The translations under genes and the position numbers were made by a program. The notes below the pieces were generated by a model. The model searched no databases and was not told where the DNA came from. It saw only the letters and a list, made by a program, of their open reading frames with translations. Of a stretch of 64,000 nt of DNA, positions 28,228 to 37,074 are shown in pieces. Positions within the stretch are counted from its first letter, which is position 1. Every line of letters starts with the position of its first letter. Source of the stretch: an uncultured delta proteobacterium (GTDB taxonomy: Bacteria; Desulfobacterota; BSN033; UBA1163); assembly GCA_963765435.1 (NCBI GenBank), contig CAVXWK010000002.1:1561664-1625663 (forward strand). The letters are read 5' to 3'.

Positions 28228-28340
28228 TCCACACCCCCTGAGTGCCCCTTCACCTCAACCTCTCTCCCCTGCCTACGGCAGGCAATGGGGACAGGGAGAT
28301 GGCAGAGAGGCGGCCCCTTCCTTGAAGCAGAGGGGTGGCT
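28228..28340. repeat. REP-A cluster in the divergent intergenic region
   Basis: Contains ctctcccctgcctacggcaggcaatggggacagggagatggcagagagg and flanking ccccttc/gaagcagagggg arms. Confidence 0.7.
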
Positions 28341-28438
28341 ATGGGATAGCGGGGTTCTGTTTTGAATTTGGCAGTTATTTCGCAATGTTCTTGTATTTAC
28401 CATTGAAAATTAACGGGTAATAGGGTAATGTTTCAGAA

Positions 28439-29551
28439 ATGGATTCCCAAAAAATTTTAGTTTTGAGGCTGAGTGCGGTGGGGGATGTCATCCGGACGCT
28501 GCCTGCGGTAAAAGCGTTAAAAGAGCACAGGCCTTCCTCCTTTATCACCTGGATCGTCGAAGAACCCTCTCGAGCTCTCCTGGAAAGTCAACCAGAGGTC
28601 GATGAGGTGATCCTATTTCCAAGGAAAAGGTGGACCAGAGGAATAAAATCGCTAAAGGGGATATGGGCTACCTTCGGGGAAATGCGGGGATTTGTCAAAG
28701 ACCTTCGGAGGCGAAAGTTTGACATCGTTCTCGATTTTCACGGGATTCTCAAAAGCGGTGTTCTCTCTTTTCTTTCAGGCTCCCCCAAGAGGATTGGATA
28801 CGATCGAAGGTCGACCAAGGAGGGGAATTTCCTATTTTCAAACGTAAAAGCGATGCTCCCGCAGCATAAGGTCAGTCGGTTTCAAAGAAATCTTGCACTT
28901 CTCAAGGGAATGGGAGTGGAAGTGGAAGGATCTAAATATCGCCTTCATATCCCGCCAGAGGATCGGGAATATATGGGGTCATTTTTTAAGGCATCATCAG
29001 CATTCGTTAATAGACCTTTGATTGCGATCCATCCGGGGACGAGCCAAAAGGCTTTCTTTAAGCGATGGATGCCTGATCAGTATGCCCAATTGGCGGATCG
29101 ATTGGTCCGAGAACTTAATGCCTCCGTTCTTTTTACCTGGGGAGATGAGGAATTGGGATGGGTGGAAAGTATTCGAAAACAGATGAAAGAACCGTCTCTT
29201 CTGGCGCCCAAAACCGAATCTTTGACACAACTGGGGGAGCTATACAGAAACTGCGATCTTTATATCGGAGGTGACACTGGACCGATGCATATTGCTTCCC
29301 TCATGGGAATCCCTGCCGTCGTCATTTATGGACCGACAGACCCGATCGAAAATGAGCCTTTTGGGAACCACATCAAAGTGAGAAAAGAAGTGGGGTGCAG
29401 CCCGTGTCACGAGTATTCCTGTAAAAAACTTGACTGTATCAGAGCCGTCTCAGCCAACGAAGTTTTTAAGGCGACGAAAGAGATTTTAGGCATCTTGCCA
29501 AGCTCGGAACCTATGAGAGATAAAAAGAGAGACCTCGAATGTCGCTCATAA
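28439..29551 (+). CDS. ADP-heptose:LPS heptosyltransferase (GT9)
   Basis: ILVLRLSAVGDVIRTLPAVKALKE at the N-terminus and GGDTGPMHIA near the C-terminus are GT9 hallmarks. Confidence 0.85.
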   Translation: MDSQKILVLRLSAVGDVIRTLPAVKALKEHRPSSFITWIVEEPSRALLESQPEVDEVILFPRKRWTRGIKSLKGIWATFGEMRGFVKDLRRRKFDIVLDFHGILKSGVLSFLSGSPKRIGYDRRSTKEGNFLFSNVKAMLPQHKVSRFQRNLALLKGMGVEVEGSKYRLHIPPEDREYMGSFFKASSAFVNRPLIAIHPGTSQKAFFKRWMPDQYAQLADRLVRELNASVLFTWGDEELGWVESIRKQMKEPSLLAPKTESLTQLGELYRNCDLYIGGDTGPMHIASLMGIPAVVIYGPTDPIENEPFGNHIKVRKEVGCSPCHEYSCKKLDCIRAVSANEVFKATKEILGILPSSEPMRDKKRDLECRS

Positions 29552-30288
29552 AGAATATGGCTGCATTCAAGAATTGGTATATGCTTTATGCAGGACGTTA
29601 TGGATTTCTGCATAAGGAGATTGAGTTGATACATCGAAGTGGTTTAAGAATCAGGTTGCGGCCGAATACGGATGATTTGAGAATTGTAAAATCGAATTTT
29701 GTCAAGAAAAACTATACAAAGGATTTTGTCCCAATCACAAAAGACTCCATTGTTGTCGATGTGGGAGCCCACATCGGATCCTTCTCTATCATGGTTGCAA
29801 GAAATGCTTACAAGGTGCTCGCTTTTGAGCCGGAGCCGACGAATTATCAAATGCTCAAGAAAAATGTGGAGCTAAACCACCTGGAGAATATGTCTATCTT
29901 TGCGATGGCGGTTTCTGGTAGAACTGGACATCAAGATATTTATACCTATCAAGGTGGCTCTTCGGCTGATTATTCCCTGTACGAAAGGGGGATCACGAAT
30001 ATTAAGGCGGGACGTATTCCCACGATTTCGGTCGAAGACATCTTCAAGCGAGAGGGTCTACCCCGAATTGATTTCCTGAAGCTGGATTGCGAAGGCGCTG
30101 AACATGATATCCTGAAGAATATGCGTTTGGAAACTGCCACTAAAATAATGGGAATGGCTATGGAAACGCATCGTGTCCCGTCGGAATTCTCCATCGATAT
30201 TCCTTTGAGACTTAAAGAATTGGGTTTTGAAATTAGAATGAACGGCAGCGGTGGGTATATCTATGCCAAGCGAACGCATCCAAAGTGA
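29539..30288 (+). CDS. FkbM-family SAM-dependent methyltransferase
   Basis: VVDVGAHIGSFS, AFEPEPTNYQML and IDFLKLDCEGAEHDIL. Confidence 0.8.
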   Translation: MSLIKNMAAFKNWYMLYAGRYGFLHKEIELIHRSGLRIRLRPNTDDLRIVKSNFVKKNYTKDFVPITKDSIVVDVGAHIGSFSIMVARNAYKVLAFEPEPTNYQMLKKNVELNHLENMSIFAMAVSGRTGHQDIYTYQGGSSADYSLYERGITNIKAGRIPTISVEDIFKREGLPRIDFLKLDCEGAEHDILKNMRLETATKIMGMAMETHRVPSEFSIDIPLRLKELGFEIRMNGSGGYIYAKRTHPK

Positions 30289-30397
30289 AAAATCGGACTT
30301 CTCTTAGGGGATGGGGAATTTATCTGCGGATTCCGTGCTCCACTTAAAAAATAGACATCATAACATTAATGAAATTGCTTAGGAAGGAGTAGACTTC

Positions 30398-31447
30398 TTG
30401 AAACGCGATTTTAACCGAGTCAATCGTATCCTGGTAAGAGGTGTAAACTGGGTAGGGGATACTGTCCTCAGCTATCCAGCGGTTCAACAATTAAAGACTC
30501 TCTTTCCCAAATCCCATTTAGCCATTCTGATTCCAAGCTATCTGGTTGATTTGTGGAAAACATTTCCCTATGTGGATGAGATCATTCCTTTTCAAAAGAA
30601 GGAGGGGATTGGATCTATTTGGGAAGATCTAAACCTCAGCCAGTCCTTAAAGGAGAGGAATTTTGATCTGGCTGTCATCCTTCCCAGATCTTTCCGTTCT
30701 GCTTTCCATATTTTTCTGGCTCGCATTCCAATCCGAATTGGTTATCAATCGGAGGGTCGCTCCCTCTTTCTTACCCAGGGAGTTCGTCGGACAAAAGAGG
30801 TTCTTCATGGCCACCGAGTCCACTATTACCGAAAGCTGATTGAGCCTTTAGGAAAGATAGAAGACCTTCCTTCTCCCAAGATATTTCTCAGAGAGGAAGA
30901 TCGAAGGTGGGCCGACGGAGTGTTGAAAGACCTGGGGATTTCGGAAGAGAAGCCTCTTATCGGAATGAATCCTGGGGCCACATATGGTTTGGCCAAATGT
31001 TGGTATCCGGATCGATTCGGCAAACTGGGAAAGAGGCTTGCTGAGAAATGGCAGGCCAGGATTCTTCTGTTTGGGAAGGAGGAAGAGCGTCCCATCGCTG
31101 ATGAGATTCTGCACTACTTGGGAACGGACGGAGTAGATTTGACCGGAAAGACGGGTTTACTCCAGCTGGCTGCCCTTTTGGAGCGCTGTACTCTCCTTGT
31201 GACCAACGATACCGGGACGATGCATATGGCCACTGCCGTCGGTATTCCCGTCGCCGCTCTCTTTGGATCAACGCCCCCTCTTGCCACGGGTCCATGGGGG
31301 GAGGGCCATGTGGTGGTTAGAAGGGATGTCCCGTGCAGTCCATGCTGGAAGAGAATTTGTCCAAAAGATCACCAATGTATGGAACTCATCACGGTGGATG
31401 AAGTCGAAAAGGTCGTTGATAAACAATTGAGGCGTAAGAGGAAATGA
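30398..31447 (+). CDS. waaF: ADP-heptose:LPS heptosyltransferase II-like (GT9)
   Basis: TTG start. ILVRGVNWVGDTVLSYPAVQQLK and NDTGTMHMA are present. The symbol assignment (WaaF versus other GT9 enzymes) is tentative. Confidence 0.8.
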   Translation: MKRDFNRVNRILVRGVNWVGDTVLSYPAVQQLKTLFPKSHLAILIPSYLVDLWKTFPYVDEIIPFQKKEGIGSIWEDLNLSQSLKERNFDLAVILPRSFRSAFHIFLARIPIRIGYQSEGRSLFLTQGVRRTKEVLHGHRVHYYRKLIEPLGKIEDLPSPKIFLREEDRRWADGVLKDLGISEEKPLIGMNPGATYGLAKCWYPDRFGKLGKRLAEKWQARILLFGKEEERPIADEILHYLGTDGVDLTGKTGLLQLAALLERCTLLVTNDTGTMHMATAVGIPVAALFGSTPPLATGPWGEGHVVVRRDVPCSPCWKRICPKDHQCMELITVDEVEKVVDKQLRRKRK

Positions 31448-32277
31448 TCGAAAAAGTTCCGGTCTCCGTCTATGTCCTCACCACCAACAACCGCAGGACG
31501 ATTGACCGATGTCTGAAGAGCCTCTCCTGGGCTGAGGAATTAGTGGTTCTGGACTCCTTCAGCCAGGACGGGACGTACGAAATCTGCAAACAATATACCG
31601 ATAAGACATTTCAGAGGAAGTGGACGGGACATCGCGATCAGTACCAGTATGCCGCCGATCTCACCCATCGGGATTGGATCATGTTTGTGGATGCCGATGA
31701 AGAAATTCCTCTGGAACTGGCTGAAGAGATTCGAGTGGAATTGAACGGAAAGGCAAAGGAGTTGGATGGATATTTTGTCTATCGACGCACCTATTACCTG
31801 GGGAGGTGGATTCGATACGGAGGATGGTATCCAGATGGCGAAATTCGCCTTTACCGAAGGGACAAGGGCAAATGGGAGGGAGGACTTCATGCCAAGTTGG
31901 TAGTGGATGGAAAGGTGGGGGTTTTAAGAAATCAATATCATCATTATACCTATGGAGACATTTCTGATCAGATTCAGACAATCGACAGGTATTCGAAAAT
32001 TGCTGCCATGGATCTTTTGGAGAGTGGGAAGAAGTTCCGTCTTTCCAAACTTCTCTTTCATCCCCCGTTTCGATTCATCAAGGAGTACCTTTTTAAGTTG
32101 GGATTTAGGGACGGGTTGCCGGGGTTCATCATCATTGTCTCGACCATGTTCTATGTTTTTATCAAATATGCCAAATTATGGGAGTTGCAGCTGAAAGAAC
32201 CCCCTATCCGCTCTCGCCTGGCGAGAGAGGGTGGGAGTGAGGGGAAATTGTCCCCCCATCAAGGGCATAAGCGCTAA
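31444..32277 (+). CDS. GT2 glycosyltransferase (WaaE/KdtX-like LPS core type)
   Basis: VSVYVLTTNNRRTIDRCLKSL...VVLDSFSQDGT...FVDADEE. The last ~25 codons are encoded by a REP-A element. Confidence 0.8.
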   Translation: MIEKVPVSVYVLTTNNRRTIDRCLKSLSWAEELVVLDSFSQDGTYEICKQYTDKTFQRKWTGHRDQYQYAADLTHRDWIMFVDADEEIPLELAEEIRVELNGKAKELDGYFVYRRTYYLGRWIRYGGWYPDGEIRLYRRDKGKWEGGLHAKLVVDGKVGVLRNQYHHYTYGDISDQIQTIDRYSKIAAMDLLESGKKFRLSKLLFHPPFRFIKEYLFKLGFRDGLPGFIIIVSTMFYVFIKYAKLWELQLKEPPIRSRLAREGGSEGKLSPHQGHKR

Positions 32278-32362
32278 CTCAAATATTTCCTGCTCTTCAA
32301 AGGGAGAGTTAGACCTCTATAATTCCCTCCCCTTCAAGGGGAGGGTTAGGGTGGGGATGGGA
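32200..32362. repeat. Two REP-A elements (32200-32262 and 32322-32362)
   Basis: ccgctctcgcctggcgagagagggtgggagtgagggg and ttccctccccttcaaggggagggttagggtgggg. Confidence 0.8.
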
Positions 32363-32368
32363 TAGACT

Positions 32369-32775
32369 GTGATCGGCCAGACAAATAAGAAGATACGTTC
32401 GAGCAAACTGCAACGAGCGTTACGTAACGAGATGTCTGACGCGGAACAGGTTTTGTGGAATGTTCTGCGTGGCCGACAGATTTCGGATCTCAAGTTCCGC
32501 CGTCAGCATCCATTTGGTGATTATATCCTCGACTTTGTCTGCCTGGAAAACAAGCTGGTAATCGACAGCATGGGCAGCAGGCAAGGTATGACGAAAATCG
32601 CACACAAGAACTGCAGGCGGCTGGTTTTTGCGTTCTCCGATTCTGGAACAATGAGGTTCCTAAGGAAATAGAAATCGTGAAGGAGAAGGTTTGGTTAGTA
32701 GTTCAGAGTCTGCAATCCCATCCCGCTCCCAGCCTCCCCCTTGAAGGGGGAGGAATCAAGAAACTTGTCCTGTGA
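32369..32775 (+). pseudogene. DUF559 (Vsr-like endonuclease domain) gene, frameshifted
   Basis: Frame 1 reads LQRALRNEMSDAEQVLWNVLRGRQISDLKFRRQHPFGDYILDFVCLENKLVID. The expected continuation, QHGQQARYDENRTQELQAAGFCVLRFWNNEVPKEIE, is in the +1 frame from about 32570 and stops at 32773-32775. Confidence 0.65.
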
Positions 32776-32822
32776 AGGGGAGAGAGAGCGCAAAGTTGGC
32801 GGCTATGCCCATCAAGGGGGCA
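32714..32822. repeat. REP-A cluster
   Basis: atcccatcccgctcccagcctcccccttgaagggggagg, then cctgtgaaggggagagag and gcccatcaagggggc. Confidence 0.75.
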
Positions 32823-32991
32823 GATGAGAGTTGGTAGTTTTCATCGTTCACCCTGTTAAAAATGATGCGCCGCTGCCCTTCGACGGGGTTAATTCAGAGA
32901 ATAGTTCAAGCAAGGTTTGATGACCTGTTGGAATTTCTAACGGGGTGAACTTGTGACGAACTCGACATAAAAAATTAAAAAGGAGATCAGG

Positions 32992-33987
32992 ATGACTCCT
33001 TACGAAGAGGGCTTCAGAAAAAGAAGGGTGCTGGTGACGGGCGGTTTGGGTTTTGTCGGATCCAATCTGTCGGCCCGGTTGATTGCATTGGGGGCAAAAG
33101 TGACGATTGTAGATAATATGATGCCCCGTCTTGGAGGAAACCTCTTCAATGTGAAAGAGATCGCTGATCGTGTCCATATCAATTTCACTGATGTGAGGGA
33201 TGGTCACTCGATGGATTATTTGGTCAAGGGGCAGGAGATCATTTTTCACCTTGCCGGCCAGGTGAATCATGTGGACAGCATCCGGAATCCGATTCAGGAT
33301 TTAGACATCAACTGCCGGGGGACCCTGGTCCTCCTCGAATCCTGCCGAAAGAATAATCAAGGGACGAAGATCATTTTTGCAGGGACCCGGGGGGAGTATG
33401 GGTCCAGTGTGACCTTGCCCGTGGGAGAAGATCATCCCACCAATCCCAAGGGAATCTATGCGGTGACCAATTTGTCGGCGGAGAAGATGGTTCTCGTCTA
33501 TCACGATGTCCACAAAATTCCGGGAACCTGTCTCCGGATTACGAACACCTATGGACCACGGCATCAGATGGCCCACGATGAATACGGCGTCCTCAATTGG
33601 TTTATCCGAAAGGCCATCGACAACGAAGTCATTCCTGTCTTTGGGGACGGCCGGATCGTGAGGGATTTCCTCTACGTGGATGACCTGGTGGATTGTTTTT
33701 TGCGAGTGGCCGCCTGCGATCAGGCTTACGGAGAGGTATTTAATGTAGGAACTGGCATTCCCGTCAGCTTCATCGACCTGGCAAAACGGATTGTAAAGAT
33801 TGCCGGAACCGGCAAGACGGCCTTTACCGAATTTACTCAAGAGAGAAAGGAAGTCGAACCCGGAGATTATTATACCGATATCTCCAAGATCAAACGCATG
33901 GTGGGCTGGGAGCCGAAGACCGATCTGGAGGAAGGACTCAGAAAAACCGTCGAGTTCTATAGAAAATATAAAAAGGAATATTGGTAA
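32992..33987 (+). CDS. Extended-SDR NAD-dependent sugar epimerase/dehydratase
   Basis: VLVTGGLGFVGSNL (GxxGxxG) is present. At the expected Y-x-x-x-K site the sequence reads IYAVTNLSAEK, with Asn at +4. Confidence 0.8.
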   Translation: MTPYEEGFRKRRVLVTGGLGFVGSNLSARLIALGAKVTIVDNMMPRLGGNLFNVKEIADRVHINFTDVRDGHSMDYLVKGQEIIFHLAGQVNHVDSIRNPIQDLDINCRGTLVLLESCRKNNQGTKIIFAGTRGEYGSSVTLPVGEDHPTNPKGIYAVTNLSAEKMVLVYHDVHKIPGTCLRITNTYGPRHQMAHDEYGVLNWFIRKAIDNEVIPVFGDGRIVRDFLYVDDLVDCFLRVAACDQAYGEVFNVGTGIPVSFIDLAKRIVKIAGTGKTAFTEFTQERKEVEPGDYYTDISKIKRMVGWEPKTDLEEGLRKTVEFYRKYKKEYW

Positions 33988-34038
33988 CCCCCTCACCCCC
34001 ACCCTCTCCCCTTGGGGGAGAGGGGAAGGGTGAGGGGT
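33988..34038. repeat. REP-A element
   Basis: cccctcacccccaccctctccccttgggggagaggggaagggtgaggggtg is nearly a perfect palindrome. Confidence 0.9.
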
Positions 34039-34067
34039 GCAATGCAATCCGCAATAGGCATGTGACG

Positions 34068-35195
34068 ATGGTTCCTTTTTTGGATTTAACCAGGCAGTAT
34101 GAAAAGATCAAAAGCGAAATCCTTTCGGCAACCCGGAGAGTGTATGAAAAAGGTCGCTTCATTCTTGGAGAGGAAGTTTCCGGTTTCGAGAAAGAATTTT
34201 CTCGTTATTGCGGGGTTCGGTATGGGGTTGGAGTGGGCTCCGGGACGGATGCCCTCTATCTGGCTTTGAAAGCAACCGGCATTGGAGAGGGAGATCAAGT
34301 GGTTACCGTGGCAAATTCTTTTGTGGCCACGGCCCTGGCCATCTCCTTCACAGGAGCAAAACCCCTCTTCGTCGATATCGATCCCAAAGCCTACACGATG
34401 GACCCCAATAGCCTGGAGCTTCTTCTAAAACGCGAGAAAACAAAAAAAAGCGGACGCAAGATCAGAGCGGTCCTTCCCGTCCATCTTTATGGCCATCCGG
34501 CGGATATGGACTCGATCATGGAAATTGCGAATCGTTATGATCTCGTCGTCATCGAAGATGCCTGCCAAGCCCATGGGGCGAAAGTTGGTAGGAGGAAGGT
34601 GGGCTCGTTAGGAGCAATGGGCTGTTTTAGTTTCTATCCCACCAAGAACTTGGGAGGATATGGGGACGGCGGGATGGTGGTGACCGATAGGCAAAAATAT
34701 GACCGGAAACTCAGACTTCTTCGCTGCTACGGGCAGAGAGAAAAATATCAGCACATCCTTAAGGGGCACAACAGCCGGTTGGACGAAATCCAGGCGGCAC
34801 TCCTTCGAGTCAAATTGAAATATTTGGATGAGTGGAATGAAGAGAGGAGGAGGAAGGCTAAGCTCTACGCAACGTTGCTTTCCCCGTTGGGGCTGGTATG
34901 TCCGTCAGAGAAAAAAGGAGTCCGGCACGTCTATCATCTCTATACGATCAAGACGGGAAGGAGGGGCGCTCTTCAAACATTTTTAAAAAAAAGGGGGATT
35001 GAGACGCTTATCCATTACCCCATTCCCATCCCTCTTGAGAAGGCTTATCGGGAAATGGGATATCGGAGTGGAGACTTTCCCTTGACGGACCAGTGGTCTC
35101 GGAAGATTCTCTCTCTTCCTTTTTTCCCGGAAATAAGGGAACGCGAGATGGAGAAAGTGGCTGAAGCGGTCCGATGTTTTTTTGAAGACGAATGA
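34068..35195 (+). CDS. DegT/DnrJ/EryC1-family PLP sugar aminotransferase (WbpE-like)
   Basis: Begins MVPFLDLTRQYEKIKSEI. Also GDQVVTVANSF, DACQAHGA and FSFYPTKNLG (PLP Lys). I chose the ATG at 34068 because the upstream part of the ORF is REP-encoded. Confidence 0.85.
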   Translation: MVPFLDLTRQYEKIKSEILSATRRVYEKGRFILGEEVSGFEKEFSRYCGVRYGVGVGSGTDALYLALKATGIGEGDQVVTVANSFVATALAISFTGAKPLFVDIDPKAYTMDPNSLELLLKREKTKKSGRKIRAVLPVHLYGHPADMDSIMEIANRYDLVVIEDACQAHGAKVGRRKVGSLGAMGCFSFYPTKNLGGYGDGGMVVTDRQKYDRKLRLLRCYGQREKYQHILKGHNSRLDEIQAALLRVKLKYLDEWNEERRRKAKLYATLLSPLGLVCPSEKKGVRHVYHLYTIKTGRRGALQTFLKKRGIETLIHYPIPIPLEKAYREMGYRSGDFPLTDQWSRKILSLPFFPEIREREMEKVAEAVRCFFEDE

Positions 35196-35242
35196 ATCGA
35201 ATGGCAGCGAATAGCACGAATCCCCACACTCCCCTCTCTCCC

Positions 35243-36436
35243 ATGAGGGAAGAGGGGTTGAAAAAAATAAGGTTCGCCATAGGTCTTCGAGACTTCTCTA
35301 AAAAGAGGGGGGGAGCCGAAAGATACCTGGTTGACTTGTGCGCCCGAATGACAGCAGAGGGCCATGAGGTCCATGTCTATGCGGAGAGCCAGGATGTGGA
35401 AAACCCGCGGATCTTAATTCATTCTGTGAAGACGATTCGGTTCCCCAAGAGTCTTCGGCTTCTCTCTTTTGCAATCAGGGCGACGGAAGCGATCGAGAAT
35501 GGGAATTATGACATCACCTTCGGGGTGGGAAATACGCTCAAGGCGGATATTCTCCAACCCCATGGAGGCGTACACTGGGCGTGGTTCTGGAGGAGCTTGA
35601 GAGTCTACGATCACTTGTGGGTTTGGGTGATCAAATTCTTAGGAAGGGTGTTGAGCCCAAAACAATGGGTCCAGGGTTATATCGAAAGTTCACCTTACAA
35701 GAAGAAACATTTTCATAAGATTGTTGCCATCTCCGACATGGTAAAGCAGGACATGATGCGCTGGTATGGAATGGCTGAAGAAAAGATTGCCGTGGTCTAC
35801 AATGGGGTTGATATCGAACGCTTCCATCCCAGAAATCGTCAATACCGACAGGAGATCAGAGGCCAGCACGGTATTGGAGCACAGGACCTGGTGATTCTCT
35901 TTGTCTCAAATAATTTTCAGATGAAAGGGCTGGGTTTCTTGATCAAGGCATTGGCGAAAATCGAGAAAGAGAACCTTCCTCCCTTCAAACTTCTCATTCT
36001 GGGAAGGGATCGCCCAGATTCCTATTTACGCACGGCCAGGGAAATGAGGATTGACGAGGACGTGGTCTTTGCCGGTTCCACGAATGAACCGGAGAAATAC
36101 TATGGTGCCTCTGATCTTCTCGTTCACCCCACTTTTTACGACGCCTGCTCTCTCACCGTGCTGGAGGCCTTGGCAAGTGGGATCCCGGTGATCACCACCC
36201 GTTGCAACGGAGCGAGTGGAATTGTCACCCAGGGCCAAGAGGGTTTTGTTATTTCTGACCCCCGGGATGTTCGAGCGTTGGCAGAAAGGATTTCGTTCTT
36301 TTTGAACCGAGAGAAGCTGGACAGAGCCTCTATTGCCGCCCGTCATCTGGCAGAATCCTATTCTCTTGAAAGAAATTGGAGAGAGATGGAACATATCCTG
36401 CTGGATGATTTACCGAAGGGAGGTCCATCGGAATGA
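35243..36436 (+). CDS. GT4 (GT-B) glycosyltransferase, RfaG-like
   Basis: KKIRFAIGLRDFSKKRGGAERYLVDL at the N-terminus, and a C-terminal E-x7-E region (SLTVLEALASGIPVITT). The start may instead be the TTG at 35258. The ATG at 35243 lies inside a REP-A-like hairpin. Confidence 0.8.
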   Translation: MREEGLKKIRFAIGLRDFSKKRGGAERYLVDLCARMTAEGHEVHVYAESQDVENPRILIHSVKTIRFPKSLRLLSFAIRATEAIENGNYDITFGVGNTLKADILQPHGGVHWAWFWRSLRVYDHLWVWVIKFLGRVLSPKQWVQGYIESSPYKKKHFHKIVAISDMVKQDMMRWYGMAEEKIAVVYNGVDIERFHPRNRQYRQEIRGQHGIGAQDLVILFVSNNFQMKGLGFLIKALAKIEKENLPPFKLLILGRDRPDSYLRTAREMRIDEDVVFAGSTNEPEKYYGASDLLVHPTFYDACSLTVLEALASGIPVITTRCNGASGIVTQGQEGFVISDPRDVRALAERISFFLNREKLDRASIAARHLAESYSLERNWREMEHILLDDLPKGGPSE

Positions 36437-37071
36437 TAAGGAAAAAACCATTCTGGTACCCACTCTCCAATTTGAAAAATCGGTTTTTCTTTGGCTCCTA
36501 TGGAAAGAACATCTATATCGAATCCGGAGTGGTAATCAATCGGCCACGGTTTGTCCATGTGGGGGATCATGTCAGAATTAAAAGAAATACGAGTATTAAC
36601 CTCCATCCGAAGGATAAGAAATCAAAAGAAATCCTTCTTTTCCTCGGAGACCATGTCATCATTTCCGAAAGTTGTTTTATCAGTGCCTGCAACCGCCTCA
36701 TCATTGAGGAAAATGTCGGAATCTCGCCGAATGTGATGATCATCGACAACTCAAGGAAACTTGGGGATGTCAGCCGGCCGAGTAAAGAGCAAGACTTGAA
36801 GATCGGCTACGTTCACATTGGAGCCGATTCCTGGATTGCCTATGGGGCCTGCATCTTGCCGAATGTGACGATCGGAAGGCATTGTATCATCGGCGCCCTC
36901 TCCGTGGTGAATCGTGACATTCCACCTTATTCTTTAGCCGTCGGTTCCCCAGCCAAGGTGGTGAAACGGTTCGATTTTGAGAAGAGGGAATGGGTAAAGG
37001 TGGTCGGGAGTGAGATCCCCGAGGGGGTGATGCGGGATGGAATGGAGGAACCCCATAGGTCGGTGGAATAG
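36433..37071 (+). CDS. Left-handed beta-helix (hexapeptide) acyltransferase, paralog 1
   Basis: IGADSWIAYGACILPNVTIGRHCIIGALSVVNRDIPPYSLAVGSPAKVVKRFD. It aligns along its length with the next gene. Confidence 0.75.
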   Translation: MIRKKPFWYPLSNLKNRFFFGSYGKNIYIESGVVINRPRFVHVGDHVRIKRNTSINLHPKDKKSKEILLFLGDHVIISESCFISACNRLIIEENVGISPNVMIIDNSRKLGDVSRPSKEQDLKIGYVHIGADSWIAYGACILPNVTIGRHCIIGALSVVNRDIPPYSLAVGSPAKVVKRFDFEKREWVKVVGSEIPEGVMRDGMEEPHRSVE

Positions 37072-37074
37072 ACA

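Noticed and set aside
32200-32822. Possible CRISPR-like array, because similar G/C-rich units recur
   Set aside because: The units are individually palindromic REP elements with irregular spacing and variable sequence. A DUF559 pseudogene sits between them, and there are no cas genes.
33301-34047. 248-aa minus-strand ORF opposite the SDR epimerase gene
   Set aside because: It is fully antisense to a gene with strong family motifs. Its N-terminus (HPSPLPQGERVGVRG) is simply the translation of REP-A. It has no recognisable domain.
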